A stretch of 64,000 nt of DNA from Deferribacterales bacterium (GTDB taxonomy: Bacteria; Chrysiogenota; Deferribacteres; Deferribacterales; Geovibrionaceae): the NCBI GenBank assembly GCA_050253075.1, contig JBFWJS010000002.1, positions 64,001 through 128,000 of the forward strand, read 5' to 3'. The notes under the pieces are model-generated. The model saw nothing but the letters and a program-made list of their open reading frames with translations, did not search any database and was not told the origin of the DNA. The translations under genes were made by a program, and so were the position numbers. Below, in pieces: positions 10,157-20,519 of this stretch; within the stretch, counting starts at the first letter, position 1; each line of letters opens with the position of its first letter.

Positions 10157-12013
10157 TCAGATGTTTTCTTTGATACGTTTTACGATGGTTTCGGCGTCTA
10201 TCCCTGCTATGCTTCGGAGGCTTTTCAGGTCGCCGTGCTCTATGAATGTGTCAGGCAGTCCGAATTTAAGCACCTTCGCACCTATGCCTTTATCCATGAG
10301 AATAGACTGCACCTCTTCGCCTGCTCCGCCTTTTACGCTGCCTTCCTCAACCGTTGCGACGATCTTCGCCCCGCCAAGTGCATCGGCGATAGCTTTCTCG
10401 CTGAGAGGTTTAAGGAAGCGCAGGTTGACCAGAGTAGGATTATACCCCTCTGCTTTCAGAGTGTTATAGGCTTTGTACGCCTCTTCGAATATGTGCCCTG
10501 CGGAAACAATGGCGATATCTGCGCCCTTGTTTACAACCTCCGGCTCGCCCAGAATGACCTTCTGATCGGCAAGCTCAGGATAATTGCCCGCTGCGCCCCT
10601 TGCGTATCTCAGCGCAACAGGAGAGCTCATATTCTCCGCCAGCTTCATCATGGAGACCAGCTCAAAGCCGTCTTTGGGAAGCATAACGGTGAGGTTCGGC
10701 ACACATCTAAGGAATGATATGTCGAATGCACCGTGGTGTGTAGGACCGTCCGCACCCACAAGCCCGCCTCTGTCGAGGCAGAGAACCACAGGAAGGTTCT
10801 GCAGAGCTACGTCGTGGATTATCTGGTCGTATGCACGCTGCATAAATGTCGAATATACTGCGACGAAAGGCTTCATGCCGCTGATAGCCATACCCGATGC
10901 GAGTGTTACCGCATGCTGTTCGGCTATACCGACGTCAAAGACCCTTTCGGGGAATTTCTTTTCAAAAATGTTCAGACCCGTACCGTCCTTCATGGCAGCG
11001 GATATACCGACAATGCGCTGATTGCAATCTGCCATCTCGGCGAGGGTCTCACCGAATATCTCGGTGTAAGACTTCGCACCTTCGATCTTAACGGATTCGC
11101 CTGTTTCGATATCGAATGAGGCAACACCGTGAAACTTCGAAGGGTTATCCTCGGCGGGCTTATAGCCCTTGCCTTTCTTTGTAAGCACGTGGATGAGGAC
11201 GGGGCCGTCCTGACCTTTCGCATTTTCGAAGGCTTTTACGATGTCCTTGACCTTGTGCCCCTGCACAGGGCCTATATATCGAAGTCCGAGCTCCTCAAAG
11301 AGTATCCCAGGAGTGAAGAAGCCGACCATCCCCTCTTCCATCTTTTTAGCGATGGCGAGGAGCCTCGGTCCCAGAGGCTTTTCCTCTAAGTGATGCTGTA
11401 TCTCTTTGCGGACACGGGTGTAGAATTTGCTTGTCATCATATTAGACAGATAGTGCGAGAAACCGCCTACGTTCGGGCTGATGGACATCTCGTTGTCGTT
11501 CAGTATGACCACCATGTCCTTATCCAGCTCTCCGAGGTTATTCAGCGCCTCGAAAGCCATCCCCGCTGTCATGGCGCCGTCGCCTATCACAGAGATTATT
11601 TTACGCTCACGGCCTATTATGTCGTCTGCGAGACGCATGCCTAGACCTGCGGATATGGATGTGCTGGTGTGCCCCACACCGAAAGCGTCAAAGGATGATT
11701 CGGAGACTTTATTAAAGCCCGATATCCCTTTGAACTGGCGCAGGGTATGAAACCTGTCCTTTCTGTCGGTGAGTATTTTGTATGCGTATGACTGATGACC
11801 TACGTCCCATATGATGCGGTCGTGCTCGGCATTGAATGTTTTGAGCAGAGCAATAGTGAGCTCCACAACGCCTAAGCTGGGCGCAAGGTGGCCTCCTGTC
11901 TTTGAGCAGGTATCGATGATCCTGCGTCTGACGTCTTCGGCAACCCTCTCGAGGTCTTCGTATGATAATTCTTTTATATCATCAGGCAGTTTTAAACTAT
12001 CCAGATAAGACAT
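10157..12013 (-). CDS. dxs: 1-deoxy-D-xylulose-5-phosphate synthase
   Basis: GGHLAPSLG, WDVGHQ, GDGA...NDN, GIAEQHA, DGPTHHG. Confidence 0.97.
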   Translation of the reverse strand: MSYLDSLKLPDDIKELSYEDLERVAEDVRRRIIDTCSKTGGHLAPSLGVVELTIALLKTFNAEHDRIIWDVGHQSYAYKILTDRKDRFHTLRQFKGISGFNKVSESSFDAFGVGHTSTSISAGLGMRLADDIIGRERKIISVIGDGAMTAGMAFEALNNLGELDKDMVVILNDNEMSISPNVGGFSHYLSNMMTSKFYTRVRKEIQHHLEEKPLGPRLLAIAKKMEEGMVGFFTPGILFEELGLRYIGPVQGHKVKDIVKAFENAKGQDGPVLIHVLTKKGKGYKPAEDNPSKFHGVASFDIETGESVKIEGAKSYTEIFGETLAEMADCNQRIVGISAAMKDGTGLNIFEKKFPERVFDVGIAEQHAVTLASGMAISGMKPFVAVYSTFMQRAYDQIIHDVALQNLPVVLCLDRGGLVGADGPTHHGAFDISFLRCVPNLTVMLPKDGFELVSMMKLAENMSSPVALRYARGAAGNYPELADQKVILGEPEVVNKGADIAIVSAGHIFEEAYKAYNTLKAEGYNPTLVNLRFLKPLSEKAIADALGGAKIVATVEEGSVKGGAGEEVQSILMDKGIGAKVLKFGLPDTFIEHGDLKSLRSIAGIDAETIVKRIKENI

Positions 12014-12016
12014 TTC

Positions 12017-12916
12017 CTAGTTCTTTCTCTCTATTATGAATTTGGCTATTTCCCTGCACGGCTCTGCGGTCTTGCCGTATGGGGAGATTATTTCAAGGGC
12101 TTCCTCTATGAGAAGCTCCGCTTTTCTGTGGGATTCATCCAGACCGTGCAGAGCAGGATATGTCGCTTTGCCGTTTTCTTCGTCGCTGCCGACATCTTTC
12201 CCGAGCTCTTCCGTCGTTGATGTTATATCCAATATATCGTCTACTATCTGAAATGCAAGACCTATACGCATACCGTACTCACGCATGCGCTTCTTATCGT
12301 CCTCTGTGCCGAAACCGAGTATGGAGCCGAGCTCACAACAGTATGATATCAGCCTTGATGTTTTATTCATATGTATGAAGTCCACAGTGGATGCGTTGAA
12401 GACACCGTCCTCTGCCTCCATATCTGCGAACTGTCCGCCCACCATGCCTCTGTCGCCTGTGGCTTCAGCCAGCTTGTATGCGGCTTCGAGCATCTGAGAG
12501 CACTCCACGTCGGGATTTATCTCAGTGTTGCACATAACCTCGAAAGCCTTTGTGAGCAGTCCGTCCCCTGCGAGGATGGCTGTCGCTTCGCCGAACATTT
12601 TATGGTTTGTCGGCTTGCCCCTGCGGTAGTCGTCGTCGTCCATTGCGGGCAGGTCGTCGTGTATCAGCGAATATGTATGGAGCATCTCGACAGCAGCAGC
12701 AAAAGGAGTGACCTTATCAAAGTATCCCTCGAATATGCCGTATGATGAGTATATCAGCCCTGGGCGCAGTCTCTTCCCGCCGGCAAAGAGGGAATAGCGC
12801 ATTGAATCCACCAGACCCTTCACATGGTCGTCAGGACATGTCATGTATGTTTCGAAAAATTCCTCAACCTTGCTCCCCCAGAATTTGAGGTAGCTCTGCA
12901 TGTTAAACTCAGCCAT
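12017..12916 (-). CDS. ispA: Farnesyl/geranylgeranyl diphosphate synthase
   Basis: GGKRLR, HDDLPAMDDDDYRRG, FQIVDDILD. Confidence 0.93.
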   Translation of the reverse strand: MAEFNMQSYLKFWGSKVEEFFETYMTCPDDHVKGLVDSMRYSLFAGGKRLRPGLIYSSYGIFEGYFDKVTPFAAAVEMLHTYSLIHDDLPAMDDDDYRRGKPTNHKMFGEATAILAGDGLLTKAFEVMCNTEINPDVECSQMLEAAYKLAEATGDRGMVGGQFADMEAEDGVFNASTVDFIHMNKTSRLISYCCELGSILGFGTEDDKKRMREYGMRIGLAFQIVDDILDITSTTEELGKDVGSDEENGKATYPALHGLDESHRKAELLIEEALEIISPYGKTAEPCREIAKFIIERKN

Positions 12917-13130
12917 CAAACCGCTCCGTTTCGACCTCTCCGCCCTCGGCAGAGAGAACCTTGTTTACCTTGTCTTCTATCTCGTCAAGCATCTTACGGC
13001 AGTCTTTCCCCAGCTTCATCCCGTCCTGAAACAGACCGAGGGTCTCTTCTATATCAAGTTCGCCGCTTTCCAGCTTTTCAACTATCTCTTCCAGATTCTT
13101 TATCTTCTTCTCAAAGTTTCCTTCGCTCAT
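12909..13130 (-). CDS. xseB: Exodeoxyribonuclease VII small subunit
   Basis: FEKKIKNLEEIVEKLESG; xseB-ispA-dxs order. Confidence 0.93.
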   Translation of the reverse strand: MSEGNFEKKIKNLEEIVEKLESGELDIEETLGLFQDGMKLGKDCRKMLDEIEDKVNKVLSAEGGEVETERFDG

Positions 13131-13165
13131 TCAGCACTCCCCTTTGCAGGTTCAATATCAAAGTT

Positions 13166-14224
13166 TCAGCATTGGGCTTCTGCATCATGCTTAGCTCTCA
13201 GCTGTCCGCATGCGCCCTCTATGTCGCTTCCGAGAGACTTTCGGATAAATACACCGATTTTGTTATTTATCAGATATTCCTGAAATTTTAAAGTATCTTT
13301 TGCAGACGGAGGCTCGTAGTCTCCACTCCCGCCTGTGTTATAGGTTATCAGGTTAACTTTTATTTTATCCATCCCTTTCAGAAGGTTAACGAGCTTCTTC
13401 GCATCTTCCATGCTGTCGTTTATCCCTTTTAAAAGAACGTATTCGATGGTGATATTTTTTCTCTTTTGCAGAGGCACTTTTTTCAGGACAGACATCAGCT
13501 CCGTAAGGGGGAATTTGTTTGCGACGGGCATCACTTCCTTCCTTTTCGACTGGTCGGGTGAATTTATGGATACTGCGAGGTTCACAGGGGTATCCATTTT
13601 GAACAGCTCTTCGATCTTGTCCGCTACCCCGCATGTGGAGAGCGTTATCTTCCTGTGGGAAAATCCGTACCCGTCATCGTCGAGGAGTACATCCAGAGCG
13701 TTCTTTACATTTTCAAGGTTGTCCAGAGGCTCGCCCATCCCCATGAAAACGAGGTTGTGCAGGTGTGTCTCTTTCTCTGCCAGATATTCGTTCAGGCGTT
13801 TCACCTGCTTTATTATCTCGCCCATTGTGAGATTACGCACCAGCCCCAGCTTCGCCGTGGAGCAGAAAGTGCACCCCATACGGCAGCCGACCTGTGATGA
13901 TATACATGCGGTATATCTGCGTCCGTCGTTCAGGATAACTGCTTCGATGTGTTCGCCGTCTCCCAGTCTGAAGAGGAATTTGACAGAGCCGTCCTGCTTG
14001 GACGTGCGTATATCCTCAACCTCCATAACGGTAAAGGTAGCAATGGCGGAGAGCGCCTCTCTGTCTGCAACGGAAAGATCCGTCATCTCAGAAAGGGATT
14101 CCACACGCTTATGATGAAGCCATTTGTATATCTGTGTCGCACGGAACTTTTTCATACCGCGCGCAAGGACTGTCTCCTGCAGTTCTTTTAAACTGAGGGA
14201 GTCTAAATATAATTTTTCTGACAA
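13166..14224 (-). CDS. rlmN: 23S rRNA m2A2503 methyltransferase
   Basis: CISSQVGCRMGCTFC, MGMGEP, ACGQL. Confidence 0.96.
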   Translation of the reverse strand: MSEKLYLDSLSLKELQETVLARGMKKFRATQIYKWLHHKRVESLSEMTDLSVADREALSAIATFTVMEVEDIRTSKQDGSVKFLFRLGDGEHIEAVILNDGRRYTACISSQVGCRMGCTFCSTAKLGLVRNLTMGEIIKQVKRLNEYLAEKETHLHNLVFMGMGEPLDNLENVKNALDVLLDDDGYGFSHRKITLSTCGVADKIEELFKMDTPVNLAVSINSPDQSKRKEVMPVANKFPLTELMSVLKKVPLQKRKNITIEYVLLKGINDSMEDAKKLVNLLKGMDKIKVNLITYNTGGSGDYEPPSAKDTLKFQEYLINNKIGVFIRKSLGSDIEGACGQLRAKHDAEAQC

Positions 14225-14233
14225 ATCACCCTC

Positions 14234-14578
14234 TCAGGAGAGAAAGTTCAGAGCATCTTCATTCGTGTCGTAAATGTTGAAGAGTCTGTTAAGGTTTGTA
14301 CTGGTGAAGATCTTCATGATCTCACTATTCACACTGGTCAGAAGGAGTATCTTATTGTTCTCCTTCAGCAGTTTCAGTATCTGGATAAGCTCTCTCAGTC
14401 CGCTGCTGTTAAGGTAGCTGACCTTTGAGAAGTTTATTATGATGGCATCCACACCGGGAAGAACATCGCCGGAATACTTCTTCAGCTCTTCACCGTTATA
14501 GGAGTCCAGCTCATTAACGGGATAGAGAGTTTCAATATGTTTTTCGCCGAATTCAGTCTTCTCACTGTTAAAGCCCAT
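14234..14578 (-). CDS. STAS-domain anti-sigma factor antagonist
   Basis: VSYLNSSGL motif, 114 aa. Confidence 0.85.
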   Translation of the reverse strand: MGFNSEKTEFGEKHIETLYPVNELDSYNGEELKKYSGDVLPGVDAIIINFSKVSYLNSSGLRELIQILKLLKENNKILLLTSVNSEIMKIFTSTNLNRLFNIYDTNEDALNFLS

Positions 14579-14587
14579 ACTGTCCTC

Positions 14588-15247
14588 CTATCCTATCAAT
14601 TTCCTGAGCTCAACCTGCCTTTTAAAGACATATTTAATAACTTTATCTCTTTCACTCTGAGATATGCCGTAAAATTCCGAGCCTACCTCAAAGTTCTCTT
14701 CTACTTTTCTAATGCGTTTCGCCTCTACTTTTACAGATTCGAGCTTCTCCAGCTCGCCCTGAAAAAACATCTCGAAAACATCGCCCTTCTTAATAGGCGC
14801 AGGGGTGAAAACCCTGCATCCGCCGCCGGACATATCTATTATTTTACCTTCGAAGAGCTTCTGCTTTATTATATCCCCTTCATCTATGTCTACCATAAGT
14901 TTAACAGGAATTCTCGTATCTACACGGAAAAATGAACGAAGTTCCTCACGAAACAGCAGATCAGGCTTAGTAACCTTAAGCATAGGAAGAGGATCCATGA
15001 ATCTGTCCTCGACCACGGTTTTAAAGCTGAGGCGTCCTCTGTCCATGACATAAGACACATGCAGCTTCGTATTCGGCTTAAGCGGTATTGTCACGCCCTT
15101 TTCCGAAGGCATCGAAATGTGCAATGAGCTCTTATCCATATCCTCGATACGGGAATCATACACACCTGCATGGTCACCGACCTTAACTTCGATCAGTAAT
15201 TTCTGGTTTATTGTTAAAAATTTATCAACTTCTGTTATTTTTTCCAA
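14588..15247 (-). CDS. YcgR-like PilZ-domain c-di-GMP receptor
   Basis: RSFFR (RxxxR) and DMSGGG motifs after an N-terminal YcgR-like domain. Confidence 0.88.
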   Translation of the reverse strand: MEKITEVDKFLTINQKLLIEVKVGDHAGVYDSRIEDMDKSSLHISMPSEKGVTIPLKPNTKLHVSYVMDRGRLSFKTVVEDRFMDPLPMLKVTKPDLLFREELRSFFRVDTRIPVKLMVDIDEGDIIKQKLFEGKIIDMSGGGCRVFTPAPIKKGDVFEMFFQGELEKLESVKVEAKRIRKVEENFEVGSEFYGISQSERDKVIKYVFKRQVELRKLIG

Positions 15248-15299
15248 AAGCTAACACTCCCCTTTGTCAGCACCACACACTAATAGTAAGATATGTCTT

Positions 15300-15878
15300 T
15301 TATTTAATATTTCTACTGCCCGGTTTAACAACGTCCAGACCTTTCTTACAAAGCGGACAGTCAGCAGGATCGAAAACGCTGACGTCAACCTGCACGAGAG
15401 GGAAGAACGGGATGTCAAACTTCGCAGCACCGTTGCTTCTGTCTACGAGGCATGTAACGGCGATAACATCACCGCCTGCGGCTGTAACTGCATCTATGCA
15501 CTCTTTAGTGGACTTACCTGTTGTGACCACGTCTTCGGCTACCACAACTTTCTCGCCCGGCTCAAGTGTGAATCCTCTTTTGAAAGTCATCACCTCATTT
15601 ACCCTTTCGGTGAAAAGTGATCTTTTCTTTAGCTGTCTTGCAAATTCGTATCCGAAACGTATGCCGCCGATTGCCGGGCTGACAACAGTGGTGAACTTCA
15701 CATCGTACATCTGCAGAGCGAGCTCCTGTACCACCTGCTCGGCTATCACAGGATACTGCATAACGAGCGCAGACTGTAAGAATCTATCTGAATGAAGCCC
15801 TGAAGAGAGCAGAAAATGCCCCTCAAGAAGTGCATCATGTCTTTTGTAAATCTCAAGTATTTGTTCTTTGCTTAACAC
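15300..15878 (-). CDS. pyrE: Orotate phosphoribosyltransferase
   Basis: GHFLLSSGLHS, VAEDVVTTG. Confidence 0.96.
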   Translation of the reverse strand: MLSKEQILEIYKRHDALLEGHFLLSSGLHSDRFLQSALVMQYPVIAEQVVQELALQMYDVKFTTVVSPAIGGIRFGYEFARQLKKRSLFTERVNEVMTFKRGFTLEPGEKVVVAEDVVTTGKSTKECIDAVTAAGGDVIAVTCLVDRSNGAAKFDIPFFPLVQVDVSVFDPADCPLCKKGLDVVKPGSRNIK

Positions 15879-16579
15879 ATTTCCCCCTTGATCTCCATTG
15901 CTGCTTTTTTAGGGTCTTCCGCCTTAGTCACTGGCCTTCCTATAACAATGAAGTCTGTTCCCATATCTTTTGCGTCCTTCGGTGTTACAACACGCTTCTG
16001 ATCATCCACGGATGCTGTCAGAGGTCTGATACCCGGAGTAACGGTTATAAAGTCTTTTCCGACGGAGCCTTTGATGAAAGGTGTCTCCTGAGCTGAAGAT
16101 ACCACTCCGTCCAGACCGCTCTTTTTCGCTGTCTCTGCGAGGTGTATCACATAGTCTCTGCTGGTCTCAAACCCGAGCCTGTTCAGCTTCAGGTATTCCT
16201 CGTCGAGGCTGGTGAGCAGTGTCACGCCTATCAGCAGAGGTCTCGCCACGCCTGTCTTTGCGCAGTATTCGTCTATCTTTTCCACTGTGGTCTTCATCAT
16301 CTCGGGTCCGCCCTGAGTATGCATGTTCACCATGTCTGTCTCATACTTGAGCGAAGCCATAACGGCGCTTGTCACAGTGTTCGGTATATCGTGAAATTTC
16401 AGATCGAGAAATATTTTCTTCTGTTTGTTTTTAAGATATTCGATGACTCTCTGTCCGTCAGCCACAAAAAGTTCAAGCCCGACTTTATACCAGTCTACGG
16501 CATCTCCGGCGCTTTCCACTATCTTTTTTGCTGAGTCGAGATTATCGAAGTCAAGAGCTACAATCATTTCAGGTTTCAT
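15872..16579 (-). CDS. pyrF: Orotidine-5'-phosphate decarboxylase
   Basis: IVALD, FLDLKFHDIPNTV, TPGIR. Confidence 0.97.
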   Translation of the reverse strand: MKPEMIVALDFDNLDSAKKIVESAGDAVDWYKVGLELFVADGQRVIEYLKNKQKKIFLDLKFHDIPNTVTSAVMASLKYETDMVNMHTQGGPEMMKTTVEKIDEYCAKTGVARPLLIGVTLLTSLDEEYLKLNRLGFETSRDYVIHLAETAKKSGLDGVVSSAQETPFIKGSVGKDFITVTPGIRPLTASVDDQKRVVTPKDAKDMGTDFIVIGRPVTKAEDPKKAAMEIKGEMC

Positions 16580-16728
16580 GGCATTTTACCTCCGAATGAC
16601 TTTAACAGAATTTCGATATTTTTCAACTGTTCAATTCAAAAACTATACGTGTTTATTAAGGATTTCCGATTGCTGGAACGGCAGCGTGAATGTAATATAA
16701 TTGTAAAGATTAGAAACATGGTAAAACA

Positions 16729-17340
16729 ATGAGTGAGAACACATACAACATTACAATTATTTCAATAGGCCCCGGAGCAAAAGACCTCATCACCGTAAGG
16801 GGACAGAGAGCAATAGACGAGCAGGACGTCATCATCGGCTTCAGAGAGGATGTGGACGCCTTCGCTCCTCATAAAGAGAGCTACTGCCCCGACAGAATGC
16901 GCACAGGCAGCATAGAATACATCGAACAGCACAAGGGTAAAAAGATCGGCGTGCTGGTATCTGGCGATGCGGGCTTCTTTTCACTGGCGAAGTTCATCAT
17001 TCAGCACTTCGGCAGAGACAGCGTAGAGGTCATCCCCGGTGTGAGCAGTGTCTCCGCAGGGTTCGCAAATATCAAAAATTCGTGGCAGGATTTCCGCTTT
17101 AAATCCGTGAGAGAAGAGGAGAACGACCTCACGGCAGTATCCGAGGACACCATACTCCTCTGCGACAGGCGCAACACGCCCGAGCAGATATTAAAGGCAA
17201 ACCCGCACCTGAAAGATAAATTCGACATAACCGTAATGAAAGATATCAGTCTCGAATCCGAGCAGATATTCTACGACCCTGACGAGAGCTTTAACAGCTC
17301 AAGGGTTCTCATCGTTTTAGAAAGTAAGAATAAGGCTTAG
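16729..17340 (+). CDS. cbiE: Tetrapyrrole methyltransferase, CbiE-like
   Basis: IGPG, SGDAGFFS, IPGVSS. Confidence 0.75.
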   Translation: MSENTYNITIISIGPGAKDLITVRGQRAIDEQDVIIGFREDVDAFAPHKESYCPDRMRTGSIEYIEQHKGKKIGVLVSGDAGFFSLAKFIIQHFGRDSVEVIPGVSSVSAGFANIKNSWQDFRFKSVREEENDLTAVSEDTILLCDRRNTPEQILKANPHLKDKFDITVMKDISLESEQIFYDPDESFNSSRVLIVLESKNKA

Positions 17341-17954
17341 AACAGTTTCTTCATCAGTCCTTTGACCTTATTCTCCGAGTTGAGCGGAATGCACATCTCT
17401 TCGATAATGTCGGCGAGCAGTACCTCTGCGGGTTCTGCATCCTCGCCTTTATTGGACTTAGAGCGTTTCTGTATTTCGGCAGACCATATGACCTCGCCCG
17501 ACTCTATCTTCAGCAGCTTGGCTGTGAGGTGAGCCTCGGAGAAGAGTATCAGACCATTCCTTTCAGACTGTTTCAGCGATACCAGATTACCCGTGAGGAT
17601 ACTGTCTGCACCCATAGCGGAAAGCCTCTGCAGGGTAGCATCATTCAGCACGCCTGCGAGGGAAGATTTATTCTGAAAGCCGACCTCATACATGATCTTT
17701 TTGATGTCGTTCCTATCCATAAGGGAGAAAATCTCACTGCCTACAAGCTCCGCAGTGAATTTATCTGCGATGACGGAAGGGTTGTACTTCATCCCCTCGT
17801 TAGTATTGAAATCAACAATGGCGACTCTGTTCACCGTGGCAGGGTCAAAGCTGGGCGAAGTTTTGATCTTTTGTATGCCGACTACAGTCTTCGGACCGCC
17901 GACACAGGCAGTAAGCATGATCGCAATTGTAAGAAATATCAGAGCTCGTTTCAT
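17337..17954 (-). CDS. Lipoprotein, CsgG/LpoB-like fold
   Basis: Lipobox LTAC; RVAIVDF, GADSILTG, ESGEVIWS. Confidence 0.7.
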   Translation of the reverse strand: MKRALIFLTIAIMLTACVGGPKTVVGIQKIKTSPSFDPATVNRVAIVDFNTNEGMKYNPSVIADKFTAELVGSEIFSLMDRNDIKKIMYEVGFQNKSSLAGVLNDATLQRLSAMGADSILTGNLVSLKQSERNGLILFSEAHLTAKLLKIESGEVIWSAEIQKRSKSNKGEDAEPAEVLLADIIEEMCIPLNSENKVKGLMKKLF

Positions 17955-18022
17955 CGTATCCCCCTTTGGATGTCTTCACATTTTATTATAATGGATGCGC
18001 AGGGGTCAACAGTTTTAACGTA

Positions 18023-18361
18023 TTAAGATATGTCGTCTATTGTTTTGGTAAGTTTCAGAAGTTTCCGCTTGAGGAGCTCTTTCCTTTTGACAAGGTGTTC
18101 GGGGTCTTTTCCGTCGTCGTCGAGCAGCTTCAGCCTTTCGCATATCTCTCTTATCTTTTCGGCTGCCATCTTATACTGACGCTGTTTTCTGTCTACGGAT
18201 GTAAGGTCTACGTGATTTATGTTTGAATCGTTTGCGGTGCGCACGATATCTCTGTCCAGATTGAAAAAGAACTCGCTCATACGGTAAAACGTACTGAGCC
18301 TGTTCATAAGAGATATTTTATCCTCGACAAGTAATCCTTGTTTGTTCAAAGGCGAAGCCAC
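18023..18361 (-). CDS. Hypothetical protein (112 aa)
   Basis: ORF with GGAG RBS; helical and charged. Confidence 0.65.
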   Translation of the reverse strand: MASPLNKQGLLVEDKISLMNRLSTFYRMSEFFFNLDRDIVRTANDSNINHVDLTSVDRKQRQYKMAAEKIREICERLKLLDDDGKDPEHLVKRKELLKRKLLKLTKTIDDIS

Positions 18362-18532
18362 AAACTACACTCCAAAGTCATATTTAGTGGTGCAGGAATC
18401 TTACTGAGGAAGGTTTTTCCTAAATCTCAGCACTGCAACAATTTATATTTTCAAAGGCAGTTTGCTACTATCCCTATGAGCCGTCAAAATACGGCATGAA
18501 ATATAAATCGTCATTATTGCGTCGAATTTAAG

Positions 18533-19330
18533 TTAAATTTTCAGATTTTTGAAATTTCTTATCGCGCCTGTCGGACAGACCTTCTCACACTCACCGCATG
18601 CGGTGCATGGCACAGGGTCTATAACCGCCAGAAAACTGTCCACGTCGATAGCCCCGACAGGGCATTTCTTCTCACACATCTTACAGCCGATGCAACCCAC
18701 CTTGCAAGCTTTTTTAACATCCGGACCTTTGTCTTTCGACATACAGGACACGATGAAAGGCTTATCCTCGGGTATCAGCTTTATGAGCTTTCTAGGGCAC
18801 GCAGCGACACACTTACCGCAGGAAGTACACTTATCAGGCACTATCCTCGGTATGCCGTCCTTGCCCATATACATAGCGTCAAAGGCGCATGACTTCACAC
18901 AGCTCCCCTCACCAACACATGCATATGTGCAGAGCTTCTTTCCCCCTGCGAGGAGCGTCACGCTGTTGCAGTCGCGCGGGCCGTAGTATTCATACTTTTC
19001 CACGCCGTTTTCCATACCGCCGTTACAGCAGACCCTTGCGACCCTTTTAGAGCCTGTGGAGACCTGCATACCCATGTATGATGCGATATCCTTAGCCAGC
19101 TGTTTACCGCCGACGGGGCATGCATCGGGTGCTGCCTTTCCTGCTACTATCGCCTCGGCGAGAGCCATACAGCCGGGGTATCCGCATCCGCCGCAGTTCG
19201 CAGCGGGGAGCATCTCATTTATCTTTTCGATGCGTTCGTCTTTTACCACTTTAAATTTCTGTGAGGCATACATCAGCCCCAGACCTGCGATGAAGCCTGT
19301 TGCCGCCATTGTTATTATCGCTGCTATCAT
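18533..19330 (-). CDS. rnfB: Rnf complex subunit B
   Basis: LPAANCGGCGYPGC plus several ferredoxin motifs. Confidence 0.95.
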   Translation of the reverse strand: MIAAIITMAATGFIAGLGLMYASQKFKVVKDERIEKINEMLPAANCGGCGYPGCMALAEAIVAGKAAPDACPVGGKQLAKDIASYMGMQVSTGSKRVARVCCNGGMENGVEKYEYYGPRDCNSVTLLAGGKKLCTYACVGEGSCVKSCAFDAMYMGKDGIPRIVPDKCTSCGKCVAACPRKLIKLIPEDKPFIVSCMSKDKGPDVKKACKVGCIGCKMCEKKCPVGAIDVDSFLAVIDPVPCTACGECEKVCPTGAIRNFKNLKI

Positions 19331-19338
19331 ATGCTCAC

Positions 19339-19911
19339 CTACACCAGCCCGCTGAAGCCCATAAAGGCGAGAGCGAGTATCCCCGCAGTGATGAATGCTA
19401 TAGGCATACCACGGAAATAATACGGAATGTCAGACAGGTCTATACGTTCCCTTATACCCGCAAAGAGCACCAGAGCCAGCCCGAAACCGAGTGCCGAGCC
19501 GATGGTGAACACGAGCATCTGAACGAATGTGTATCCTACCTGAATGTTTATTATAGCCGCACCGAGGATGGCGCAGTTGGTCGTTATCAGAGGGAGGAAG
19601 ATACCCAGAGACTGATAAAGGTCCGGAGATGTCTTCTCTATCACCATCTCCACAAACTGTACGAGGGAGGCGATGATAAGGATGAAAACGATGGTCTGAA
19701 GGTATTGCAGGCCGAACTTATTCAGCACGGTATACTGCACTATCCATGTTATAACACCCGCCACAGCCATTACAAATGTAACGGCGAGACTCATGCCTAT
19801 GGCTGTCTCCACCTTTTTAGAAACGCCGAAGAAAGGGCATATACCGAGGAATCTTGCGAGTACGAGGTTGTTAACCAGTACTGCGCCGACAAAGATGACG
19901 AATAATTCCAT
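19339..19911 (-). CDS. rnfA: Rnf complex subunit A
   Basis: FLGICPF, LPLITTNCA. Confidence 0.95.
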   Translation of the reverse strand: MELFVIFVGAVLVNNLVLARFLGICPFFGVSKKVETAIGMSLAVTFVMAVAGVITWIVQYTVLNKFGLQYLQTIVFILIIASLVQFVEMVIEKTSPDLYQSLGIFLPLITTNCAILGAAIINIQVGYTFVQMLVFTIGSALGFGLALVLFAGIRERIDLSDIPYYFRGMPIAFITAGILALAFMGFSGLV

Positions 19912-20519
19912 TATTCACCCCCTCTTTTCACACGTTTGCGCTCTTCGACAAAGTTATAAAGCATCATAAGGAATCCGAGGGCGATGAACGCACCGGGGGG
20001 AAGTATCATAACGATAGAAGGCTTAAACCCTGCACCGAAAAGGTCGAATCCCATGACAGAGCCGTTCCCCAAGACCTCACGCACTGCACCGAGCACAAAC
20101 AGAGCAAGGGTAAACCCGAGCCCCGTACCCACGGCATCCAGTATAGAGCTGAAAAGCCCGTTCTTCGAAGCGAAGCTCTCCGCACGCCCGAGTACGACAC
20201 AGTTCACAACTATCAGCGGGATGAAAAGCCCGAGAACTTTATGCAGGTCATGCACGTACGCATTCATCACAAGGTCCACCACCGTCACAAAGCTGGCGAT
20301 GATAACGATATAGGCTGGTATGCGCACCTTTGCGGGTATCAGGTTTTTCACCAGAGACACCACAGAGTTAGAACCTATCAGAACAGCAGTGGTGGCAAGC
20401 CCCATCCCTATTCCGTTTATGGCAGATGTAGTAACGGCAAGCGCAGGACAAAGCCCGAGCACCTGCTTCATTACAGGGTTGTTTCCGAAAATTCCGTTGG
20501 TGAAGGTTTTAAAGTCCAT
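19911..20519 (-). CDS. rnfE: Rnf complex subunit E
   Basis: LGLCPALAVT, PLIVVNC, LPPGAF. Confidence 0.95.
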   Translation of the reverse strand: MDFKTFTNGIFGNNPVMKQVLGLCPALAVTTSAINGIGMGLATTAVLIGSNSVVSLVKNLIPAKVRIPAYIVIIASFVTVVDLVMNAYVHDLHKVLGLFIPLIVVNCVVLGRAESFASKNGLFSSILDAVGTGLGFTLALFVLGAVREVLGNGSVMGFDLFGAGFKPSIVMILPPGAFIALGFLMMLYNFVEERKRVKRGGE

